64,000 nt of DNA from Squalus acanthias (lineage: Eukaryota), in assembly GCA_030390025.1 (NCBI GenBank), contig CM059432.1, positions 18,664,001-18,728,000 on the forward strand, in the 5' to 3' direction. Within the stretch, counting starts at the first letter, position 1; every line of letters begins with the position of its first letter. Under the pieces are notes generated by a model that was given only the letters and a program-made list of their open reading frames with translations, searched no databases and had not been told where the DNA came from. Shown one piece after another: positions 13,096 through 23,236 of the stretch. A program made the translations under genes and the position numbers.

Positions 13096-14120
13096 ACCCC
13101 CATGAACGCATATCATGCTGACACTCACTGTGAAGTTCACATATGAATAATTGCCATTTGGGCAAAGTTGCGGAGGATAGAATTTCACCCCATTATTAGT
13201 CAATAGTTTCAGGAATGGAAGGGGAATGAATGGGAGAAGGTTGCTGAAAGAAAGAACCTTCCATTTATATCGCACCTTTCATGACCTCAGGATGTCACAA
13301 GTCCCCCTTTACAGCCACTGACATACTTAAGTGTAGTCACGGTTGTAATGTAGGAAACAAAGTAGACAGTGGTGCAGTATTGAAAGGTTACAGTCCGCTG
13401 AGTTTGAAAGCTGGCCTGTTCGTTCTCCTGAAATGCTGTTAGTGATGGGTACAAGCAGGATTGGAGTACATCAAAAAACATCAACAATACATTTGTAGTA
13501 AAATGGTTACTTGAAGCTATTGGTGACTGCAAGAGTATTGTAAACAACATTAGTGAAATGGCTCGTCTAAACAATCATTTCAGAAAGTTAATGAACTGGT
13601 GTGTTACTAATAAACATTCCAGAAAACGCCTGAATTACAGTATGGAGTTGGAAAGAAAAGTTCATGGGATACTGAATAGCAGCAAACTGACCTCAAGTCC
13701 AGGGATGGACGGTAATAAATCTATCTGGAAGGGCAGTGAAGGCAAGCCACTGGAGCCCCTACTTGCCCCAGCATCTATTAACAGTAGGGCCATCAACATT
13801 GCATAAGTAAACTAAGGAGGTTGAAATTCCTCTGTGTGGTGTATTTAATCCACTGTTAATGTTTTTGCAGCCAATTCCTATTGGTAATGTTTTAACAAAG
13901 TTATTAACCTGTTTTATCAGCAAAATTATTTTTAAATAGCACACGGGAATCTGGTGTGACATTCTAACATTCATATTAAAACTTAATACATGTGAATCTA
14001 ATGTGAACATATTAACAAGTGTACTAAAGTTAGCACACACAGGAATCTGATGTTAACAAGTGTACTAAAAGTAGCACACAAAGGAATTCAACGCCAAAAT
14101 CAGCGAAACAAACTTTGTAA

Positions 14121-14257
14121 AACTTCTGACGAAGGGTCATCGACCTGAAACATTAACTCTGTTTCTCTCTACACAGATGCTGCCTGACCTGCTGAGTATT
14201 TCCAGCATTTTCTGTTTTTATTTCAGATTTCCAGCATCGCAGTATTTTGCTTTTATA
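14121..14257 (+). mobile_element. Penelope-like short element with a hammerhead core
   Basis: CTGACGA-AGGGTCATCGACCT-GAAA at 14126-14150. TTTGTAA direct repeat (14114-14120, 14258-14264). Confidence 0.75.
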
Positions 14258-14653
14258 TTTGTAAGAAGCCAACTTGGAGTTGGAGTGGGATAAACAATGG
14301 CTCTAAAATTAGCTGTGCGATACTGGCTTGCTCATCTGAAATTCTACTCTCCTATTCAATTAATTTTAATTGGCTTAATGCCACTACTAAAGTAGTGTGG
14401 AGAGGACTTCAGTATTAACAGGTTACTATCCTACGGTGTAAATTTAGAAGCAATAAGTTTATTCATAAAATTCAAGCTCAAATCTTATCAAAACTATCAT
14501 GTGACAGATATAACAACCTCATCCACTACATCCTTGCTCGCTGCTCTGTACAGAAACACGGTAAAATGTATTATAAATCTTTGACCATTGCTACAGCAGT
14601 CAGGTCGGCCCCAGTCTGAAGATGACTGCTCTAAGCAAGGTTTCTATACACTG

Positions 14654-14802
14654 AAATAACAGCAGAAAATGCTGGAAGCACTCAGCAGGCCAGGCAGCAT
14701 CCGTGGAGAGAGAAACAGAGTTAACGTTTCAGGTCTGGGACCCTTCATCAGAACTGGAAAAGGCTAGAGATGTGACAGATTTTAAGCAGGTGCAGAGGCA
14801 GT
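14654..14802 (-). mobile_element. Penelope-like short element with a hammerhead
   Basis: Same family as 14121-14257, opposite strand. 14-bp direct repeat GTTTCTATACACTG (14640-14653, 14803-14816). Confidence 0.8.
14719..14755 (-). ncRNA. Minimal type-I hammerhead ribozyme motif
   Basis: Minus-strand RNA reads AGUU-CUGAUGA-A-GGGUC(CCA)GACCU-GAAA-CGUU-AACU. Stem I is AGUU/AACU, stem III is the palindrome ACGU, and the cleavage triplet is GUU. Confidence 0.7.
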
Positions 14803-14904
14803 GTTTCTATACACTGGATGGTGATGGTGATGCATGGGAGCTCTGTACTGTGGAATAATGTGGAGGAAGCGCTGCATTACAGAGTAATGTAGAGGGAGTA
14901 ATTT

Positions 14905-16375
14905 TTTTTATTCGTTCCTGGGATGTGGGCGTCGCTGGCAAGGCCAGCATTTATTGCCCATCCTGTGTTGCCCTGCTGTGTTGCCCTTGAGAAGGTGGTG
15001 GTGAGCCGCCTTCTTGAACCGCTGCAGTCCATGTGGCGAAGGTACTCCCACAGTACTGGTAGGGAGGGAGTTCCAGATTTTGACCTAGCGACAAAGAAGG
15101 ATTGGCGATATATTTCCAAATCAGGATGGTGTGTGACTTGGAGCGGAACTTGCAGGTGATGGTGTTCTCTTGTGCCTGCTGCTCTTGTTCTTCTAGGTGC
15201 CGAAGAAGCCTTGGTGAGTTGCTGCAGTGCATCTTGTAGATGGTACACACTGCAGCCACGGTACGCCAGTGGTGGAGGGAATGAATGTTTAAGGTGGTGG
15301 ATGGTGTGCCAATCAAGCGGGCTGCTTTGTCCTGGATGGTGTCGAGCTTCTTGAGTGTTGTTGGAGCTGCACTCATCCAGGCAAGTGGAGAGTATTCCAT
15401 CACACTCCTGACTTGTGCCTTGTAGATGGTGGAAAGGCTTTGGGGAGTCAGGAGATGAGACACTTGCCGCAGAATACCCAGCCTCTGACCTGCTCTTGTT
15501 GCCACAGTATTTATGTGGCTGGTCCAGTTAAGTTTCTGGTCAATGGTGACCCCCCCAAGATGTTGATGGTGGGGGATTCGGCTATTGTAATGCTGTTGAA
15601 TGTCAAGGACGGTGGTTAGACTCTCGTTTGTTGGAAATAGTAATTGCCTGGCACTTGTGTGGCGTGAATGTTACTTGCCACTTATCAGCCCAAGCCTGAA
15701 TGTCGTCCAGGTCTTGGACTGCTTCATTATCTGAGGAGTTGCGAATGGCACTGAACGTTGTGCAGTCATCAGCGAACATCCCCATTTCTGACCTTATGAT
15801 GGAGCAAAGGTCATTGATGAAGCAGCTGAAGATGGTTGGGCCTAGGACACTGCCCTGAGGAACTCCTGCAGCGATGTCCTGGGGCTGTGATGATTGACCT
15901 TCAATCACCACATTATCTTCCTTTGTGCTAGGTATGACTCCAGCTTGTGGAGAGTTTTCCCCCGGATTCTCATTGACTTCAGTTTTACTAGGGCTCCTTG
16001 ATGCGACACTCGGTCAAATACTGCCTTGATGTCAAGGGCAATCACTCTCACCTCACCTCTGGAATTCAGCTCCTTTGTCCATGTTTGGACTAAGGCTGTA
16101 ATGAGGTCGGGAGCTGAGTGGTCTTGGCGGAACCCAAACTGGGCATCAGTGAGCAGGTTATTGGTGAGTAAGTGCCGCTTGATAGCACTTTCGATGACAC
16201 CTTCCATCACTTTGCTAATGATTGAGAGTAGACTGATGGGGCGGTAATTGGCCAGATTGGATTTGTCCTACTTTTTGTGGACATGACAAACCTGGGCAGT
16301 TTTCCACATTGTCGGATAGATGCCAGTGTTATAGCTGTACTGGAACAGCTTGGCTCGAGGCGCAGCTGGTTCTGT
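14905..16375 (-). mobile_element. 5'-truncated CR1-group (Zenon-like) LINE with degenerate RT
   Basis: ORFs carry QFGFRQDHSAPDL, LDIKAVFDRV, GVPQGSVLGP, MFADD and IYKAQVRSVMEY. The 3' end GGGCAATAAATGCTGGCC is shared with the copy ending near 27400. Confidence 0.9.
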
Positions 16376-17089
16376 ACTGTAGGGTATGCGGAGGGAGCTC
16401 TTTAATGTCAGGGTATTATGAAGGGAGCGCTGTAATGTGAGGATAATGTAGGTGGAGCTCTGATTTTTCCTTAGTTCTCACCAACATGACATTTCATTTT
16501 AATTCGGAAAAATGCTAACTGAATAAAGGCAGACTCGTGTGGGGCAAAACCTCATAGACCAGTTGGGCCGAATGGCCAGTTTCTGTGCTGTAAATTCTAT
16601 GTAATACAATAAGACAACAAGCTGCGTATCTGGAGCAGACCCAATGAGAGCACGTTGAGCCTGTCAGCAGTGGCAGGGGCACACAGCATGACCAGCCATC
16701 ACCAGTGAGGGACTGAAAATGATAATGATACACTGCAACGGGCTGCCGGCGAACTGGATTCAACTGAGCAATCATAATGAGACATGTCAATAAAGAGTGT
16801 GGATCTTTCTGCCAGACCGGCTGCATACAACGGGTGCACAATTTCAGAGGCTGATTTGCAAGCACTTGTCCGTGACACCCAGGCTCCAGGCATGTCATTT
16901 TTTCTGTCCAGTGTATTGAATTGCCTGCCTGCTGGCGATGTACTGATCCGTTGACAACTTCAATTCACTGAGATTTTTCCTTGTTGCCAAAAAGGCCAAT
17001 GAGATTCTTGAAGAGTGTTCACTCTTCAGAATTTGATTATTAGAGATTTAAAAGCGTATGTGTTTATATGTACACACAGCCTTATCATT

Positions 17090-17690
17090 GTCAACACCAT
17101 CTTCCAGCGGCCAGACATCTTGGATGCACCCTCGTTCCAAACACTGGCACTTGATTGATTACATCCTAGTCCTGAAAAAGGACGTCAATGATGTCAAGAT
17201 CACCAAAGCAATGAGAGGTGCTGAATATTGCACAGACCATCGCCTCATTTACGCAAAACTCAACATTCACATTAAAGCTCCCCAGGGCAAAAAAGCACCC
17301 AAGAAGATAAATGTGAGCAAACTCAAGTCTGTTTGCTCAAGACAAGAACCCTGCACAGCTACTGAAAACCAATTGATCACTGTAAGTGCAGCTTGTGGTG
17401 ACACTGAAGCTGACTGCAACTGCTTCAGCGACACAGCCCATAATGAGGTTTTGGAAGCATTGGCCCCAACTATCCTTAAATACCGGGACTGGTTTGATGA
17501 AAATGATGATATAAAATGCCTACTTGATGCCAAATACCTCCTGCACTGATCATGGATGAAGGACAAGTCATCAACCAAGAGAAAGCAACCTTGTGATAAC
17601 ATTCGGAAACAAGTCCAGGCCGAATTAAGGATTATGTGTGACCCTTGGTGGAGCAAAAAGGCAGACCAGAAGGAAATGAAGAAGACCTTT
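17090..17690 (+). mobile_element. Old RTE-clade LINE fragment (APE C-terminus and linker)
   Basis: TSWMHPRSKHWHLIDYILV...TDHRLI is typical of the RTE endonuclease. Confidence 0.85.
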
Positions 17691-17880
17691 GTATACACAT
17701 GCACACGCGTGCACACACACACAGCTACACGACAGACATGCACACATGGCCACACGCACACATGGACACATGCGCACGCAAATGGACACACGCACACACA
17801 TGCACACTTACACACACACCCACACAGGCACACATGGACACATGCGTGCGCGGGCACACACACACAAACAAACTTGCATG
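17691..17880. repeat. Imperfect (CA)n/(CACG)n microsatellite
   Basis: Direct inspection. Confidence 0.95.
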
Positions 17881-18269
17881 TCTCACAGTTGCTCCAGTAT
17901 CATCAGTTCTAAAATGGCACTGAAAATACTTTTCTAGCAATGCACCTTGCTGCTGGGAGCGTAAATTGTTAGAATAGTCTCAAGAATTAGATGTCAAAAT
18001 ATCGTGAGCATTGCCCTGTAAGTAAGCCAGAAGGTAAGAAACTTCATATTAGACTGAATTCTTTAGTTTCTTCTGCAGTCGAATGTTATTGTCTTTTTTT
18101 TTACATCTTCTACGTCTTTTACATTCCCAACATTTACCACAGTCCATGTTGTGCCTGGCCATGAGGGTCAGGTGGTGGCCTGCACTGAAGCCAATGCACT
18201 TCTGTTCGTAGACACGTTGCCTTGCATTCTCAGTGGATGAAGTTGACTTACCATTTAATCTATTTTTAA

Positions 18270-18640
18270 ATTTATTCTCAGGTTACGGATGGCATGGCAA
18301 GGCGCCATTTATTACACCTCCCTAGTTGTGCTGAGAAGGTGGTCGTGGGCCTTCTTGAATCGCTGCAATCCTTATGGTGACAGTGTTCTCATGGTGGGAA
18401 TTCCAGGATATTGACCCAGTGACGATGAAGGAACAGTGATATATGCCCAAGTAAGGGTGGTGTGTGACCGAGAGAGGAACATAGATGGTGCTCCCAAGAT
18501 GTTGCTGCTCTTCTCCTTTTAGGTGGTAGAGGTCACGTGGAGAGAGGTGCTGTTGAAGTAACCTTGGTGAGTTACTGCAGCGCATCCTGTAGATAGTGTA
18601 TACTACAGTTACAGCATCCCTGGGAGAAGGTGGAGGCCAC
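18270..18640 (-). mobile_element. Degenerate 3' fragment of the Zenon-like LINE
   Basis: YTIYRMRCSNSPRLLQQHL; same 3' end as the copy at 14905. Confidence 0.8.
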
Positions 18641-18649
18641 AACTGACAA

Positions 18650-18756
18650 GTACATTACAACAATGACTACACTTCAAAAGTACTTAATTGGCTGTAAAGC
18701 GCTTTGGGACATTCTAAGGTTGTGAAAGGCGCTATGTAAATGCAAGTCTTTCTTTA
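18650..18756 (+). mobile_element. Deu-SINE 3' tail fragment
   Basis: CTACACTTCAAAAGTACTT...GTGAAAGGCGCTATGTAAATGCAAGTCTTTC. Confidence 0.75.
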
Positions 18757-19141
18757 TTACTGTCAATGGCTGTGCCAGCTCTGTGGTGCATGTAACAGCA
18801 GGTCTCCTTACAGTATCTGATTCTCTGCTGACCCGGACCCTGGCCCATAATTGTTGGCAGGTACAGGCAACAGTGGCAGCAAGTATGGTTTTTGGTACCT
18901 TGGTGGATGTGGGCAGTCAGGCTTTGGTGGCTAATAATGACACTGGCATGCATTGTTTCATGCACTACAGCATAAGCATGGCATGCTGTGATTGGGGTGG
19001 TTCTGAAGAACCATTGAGCACAATGGTTGCATGGGTCTTCAGTATCTGTTGCTATTGGTCCTGCTGTCTCAAACTACCTTGAGAGTTTATAGACGTGATT
19101 TGGAAATGGTACCGCACTTGTGCAAAGGCACGGAAAACAAT

Positions 19142-20640
19142 GGCCCAGAAATTAAACACTGAGGGGGAAAAATTCAGCTGCTTGCGCCTCCCGTTAGCGC
19201 CTTAAGAGGGCGCTAATGGGGCGTAAAGCAGCTAACGCCCGGGCGCAGCGCCGCCCACGCCTCCCGAAAAATTTAGTGGGAGGTTAGCGGCGGCGGCAGC
19301 CGGTAGCGCCCTGTGGTGCTGCGCCGCCGGCGATGACGTCATCGCCGTGCGCAGCACCCCGCTCGCGCCCCGGCCGTGATCTTCAGTCGCGCCCCCTGAT
19401 TTACCGCCAGACGCTATGTCCGACGGGTTCAGGGAGGCGTACGTGTGGCCGAGGCGGCGATATTTAAAGCGGAGGTGGCAGGCGGCCATTTTTGTTGCTG
19501 GCCGCCTGCCAGCACCTGTCCCCGGCCCCCGTGAAGCCCCCCCACCGTGAAGTGCCGGCTGCGCTCCAAGAGCCCGGCACTTCTCTTGAGTGCCGGGCTC
19601 TTTTGCCGGCACTCCCGATCCCTGGGGGCCCAGCTGGGCCCCGGTTCGCGCTGCGCAGGGTCCCTCCCCTTTAAGAAGGGGAGGAAGGCCTGCAATACCG
19701 CGGCGCGACGTGCCGCAGCGCGTGGCGCTGCGGCACGTAGCGCCAGGATATTCACTCGCAGCGCCCCAAGAGGGATGCGGGGTGCTTCCAGTTGCGCCCC
19801 GCTTCCCTCTTGGGGCGCAACCACTGAAGTTCCGGCGCGGGGCCGCTAATTTTTTCGGGGCGCTATAAGTCGCGCCCCGGCGAGGTTAGCGCCCCAAATG
19901 GGGCGCGACTCAATTTTTACCCCTGAGTGTTTACGCGGGGGTAAGGCTTCCCCGCGATATCTCACTCCGCGCCTACCTTTTTCCTCCGGGCCCACACGAA
20001 CTTTAGTTTCAAGGCTGCAGCTGTGCAGTGCTTGCGTGACCCAGAGACGCAATTAGTTCGTGCGAGCTCTGGGATCACGTGATTCAGTTAGAGCACACCA
20101 TCTTTCATTCATAGTTTTAACAGCAAGGGCTGTCAAAGCTATGAATCCTACACACCCCCAAAAGAACAGCTAAACCTCAATTAAATTTTTTAAAAAAGCC
20201 ATCACATTAATAAAGTAAGTATAGTTAAATAAATTAACCACTTTAAACAAAAAATTAAATTTTTGAAAAAATTTAAAATCTTTTAAAAAGTTATAAAAAT
20301 AAACTTACCTTTCTTTAAAGTCTCTAAAAAAGATAAACCTGTTGAAAAAAATTTAAAATAATACTTAATTAACTACTTACCTTGTTAAAAGAGGGTCTTA
20401 CGCCTCCTTTCTTTATGTGTAAAATCTTCCATGCATACCTGCGCGTTCAAAGCACTAAGTGCACTGCGTGCGCGCAGCCTGTAGCACGCACGCGGTTCAC
20501 TTATGAACCGCCCCCTTTTGAATTCACGAAGTGCCGGTTTCCCGCGCATGCGCAGTGCATGCTGGAAACCGGCAATTGGAGACAGAATACGCGAGAATAC
20601 ACAGTGCGTACTCTCGCGTATTAGGTCTAATTTTCGGGCC
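19142..20640. mobile_element. Harbinger-like MITE (family A relative) hosting a nested element
   Basis: TIRs GGCCCAGAAATTA / TAATTTTCGGGCC. Contains GGGATCACGTG, an AT-rich spacer with AAACTTACCT, and GCGCATGCGC, as in family A. Confidence 0.75.
19163..19923. mobile_element. CpG-rich, probably young non-autonomous Harbinger element
   Basis: TIRs GGGGGAAAAATT / AATTTTTACCCC. Exact 3-bp TSD TGA (19160-62, 19924-26). Confidence 0.85.
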
Positions 20641-21607
20641 ATTGTGATAGGTGTCATAATATTGCTCCAATGTTATTTGAATATTACACCGAAGCTCACT
20701 GGAAATGTGCAACTTGTGCAAATAAGGCAGAGAATCAGTGTTGTGTGTCTTCTTTTCTCTTTTCTGGCCTACTATGACCCATGAACTGGCTCACACAGGA
20801 CAGAATCAACACAGATATCAGCCCTTGCATGTCAGTACGCTATTCAAGCACAGCCATGATTCTGTTTTCATCCATCAATCACGCTCACAACCTTTTTGTG
20901 GGGGGTCAGTAGTTAGTGGTCAGGAGCAGGAATTTCAGCTGATTCCCTCTCTACCCCCCCACCACCCCCCCACCCCAGCCCAGATGTTAAGGCCAATTGC
21001 CGCATCCCCATGATTGCCCCTGGTGAGCAGACCTGGGATCGGACCATCTGGTATAGTTGACAAAAATCATTTATGCTGTGACGAATGGACTGTCCTTTAT
21101 CTTATCTGGATGGATCAGCTAAACTGAGCTGAAAGCCTTTCCTCATCTATACCTACCTTGTGATCTAGTGAACCTGAGATCTTCCTGGCTTGATACCACA
21201 CCACGGTGCGCACATAACCACTGAGCCATAAAGGTAGCCCACAGCTTCCTTTTGTTTTTTAAATAAAAAAACCCAAAATATATCAAAGTAAATTCACTTG
21301 ATGTAAAATGAACTCAAATGACAGAGATGTGGTAGAGGAGTAGGGTAATCTGTTATTGATGCATAGCTGCATTATGAAGAGCTGACACCTTTGTGTTGCG
21401 TGCCATTTGCGATCCAACATGATGGATTTGACTTCAGCACAGTTTTCTCTGGGTTCTGACTAACACTCAAGTATGACAAACGTGTTTCTGACAACAGAAC
21501 ACACAACCTGCTGCTCGCGAACTGAAATCATGAAAAATATTCTGCTGTCGAAAGGCCCTATGTTAACTTTCTTAGCTTGAACAATAATGCTAATTAATAT
21601 TTACATA

Positions 21608-21698
21608 TGTGAGAAGTCGCACAACACCAGGTTATAGTCCAACAGCTTTATTTGAAATCACAAGCTTTCGGAGCGCTGCTCCTTCGTCAGGTGAAGTC
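21608..21698 (-). mobile_element. 91-bp Penelope-like insertion (second family) consisting mostly of a hammerhead
   Basis: 11-bp direct repeat ATATTTACATA (21597-21607, 21699-21709). Hammerhead fold followed by AATAAA on the minus strand. Confidence 0.8.
21658..21694 (-). ncRNA. Minimal type-I hammerhead ribozyme motif
   Basis: Minus-strand RNA reads UCAC-CUGACGA-A-GGAGC(AGC)GCUCC-GAAA-GCUU-GUGA. Stems I and II are perfect, stem III is the palindrome AGCU, and the triplet is CUU. Confidence 0.8.
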
Positions 21699-21988
21699 AT
21701 ATTTACATAAATAGCTTGCATTTGGAAGGTGCGATAGAAATGCAGCTTGCGCAATTTACAAAAGAAAAGTTGGAAACAATGTCCCGATTGAGTGGGATTT
21801 TACACATGAAAGGATGCGGCGTAAAATAATAGCCTCTCTGTAAGGGTTAATGTAAGATTTTCTTTTATTAATCCTCACATTTCAGTTTTAGTAACTAAGA
21901 TCGGTGGGATACCAGTTTATTAACATAGTCCTCTGAAATTTCTTTCTCTGCTATTTTAATGCAGGCATTGAAACATTTAATTAAATAA

Positions 21989-22819
21989 ATAAGAACATAA
22001 GAAATAGGAGCAGGAATAGGCCACTTGGCCCCTCGAGCCTGCTCCGCCATTCAATAAGATCATGGCTGATCTTGGGCTCAAAGCCACTTCCCAGCCTGCT
22101 CCCCATAACCCTTCACTCCCTTATCTTGCAAAAATTTGTCTATCTCCATTTTAAATGTATTTAATGACCCAGCCTCCACAGCTCTCTGCGGCAGAGAATT
22201 CCACAAATTTACGACCCTCTGAGAGAAGAAGTTCCTCCTCATCTCAGTTCTAAAAGGGCGACCTTTTATTCTGAGGCTGTGCCCCCGAGTTCTAGATTTC
22301 CCCATGAGGGGAAACATCCTCTCTGTATCTACCTTGTCGAGCCCCGTCAGTATCTTATGTTTCAATAAGATCACCTCTCATTCTTCTAAATTTCAATGAG
22401 TATAGGCCCAGCCTGCTCAACCTTTCCTCATAAGTCAAACCCCACATCTCTGGAATTAACCTAGTGAATCGTCTCTGAACTGCCTCCAATGCAAGTACAT
22501 CCTTCCTTAAATAAGGAGACCAAAACTGTACGCAGTACTCAAGGTGTGGTCTCACTAATACCCTGTACAGTTGTAGCAGGACTTCCCTGCTTTTATACTC
22601 CAACCGCCTTGAAATAAAGGCCAACATTCCATTTGCCTTTTTGATTACTTGCTGTACCTGCATGCTAACTTTTTGTGTTTCATGCACAAGGACCCCCAGG
22701 TCTCTCTGAACTGTAGCATTTTGTAATCTCTCTCCATTTAAATAATAGTTTGCTTTTTTATTTTTCCTGCCAAAGTGGATAGCCTTGCACTTTCCCACAT
22801 TATACTCCATCTGCCAAAT
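21989..22819 (-). mobile_element. CR1 3' fragment
   Basis: ORFs 22355-22903 and 22078-22374 ([25 protein letters not shown]). Near-identical to 12653-13095. Confidence 0.95.
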
Positions 22820-23236
22820 GTGTTGATGCCTTTGCTGAAGTTTTTGCAATAGGAATTTCAGAGGGATGCATAGTATTCCCACACTAGTCTCCCCCAACAT
22901 CATTTGAAGGGCTATGAGTTTGTTCAGTATGTGATGGTTTGCTGGGGTATGACTCTGTTATTTAGGTTGCTGCCCAGAACCATGTTAATTGAGAATACCA
23001 TGGAACTGACTTTTCACTGTTGGATCAGCTGAAGCAATTGAGTACAGCCCCTTAAAATGTCCACGTTTAAAATGGACAGTCGCTTATAACAGCCAAAAGG
23101 TGAACCATTTACATTAACGTCAATTTCAAAGTTGCCGGTTATAGCATCTTAAGAGCTCTGTTTATTTCGGGCAGAAACAGCTGTGTTTACTCACTAGTTC
23201 GCAAATTATTAAGGAGCAGTGAATGTAATTTAAACT

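Noticed and set aside
17000..17056. Kinase-like IIRDLK
   Set aside because: It lacks the HRD histidine and other kinase subdomains, and the neighbouring frames are closed.
17267..17940. Cys/Val- or His/Thr-rich ORFs
   Set aside because: These are translations of a CA microsatellite plus antisense RTE sequence.
19232..19868. Overlapping Ala/Arg/Gly-rich ORFs
   Set aside because: Stop depletion in a GC-rich MITE; no recognisable domain.
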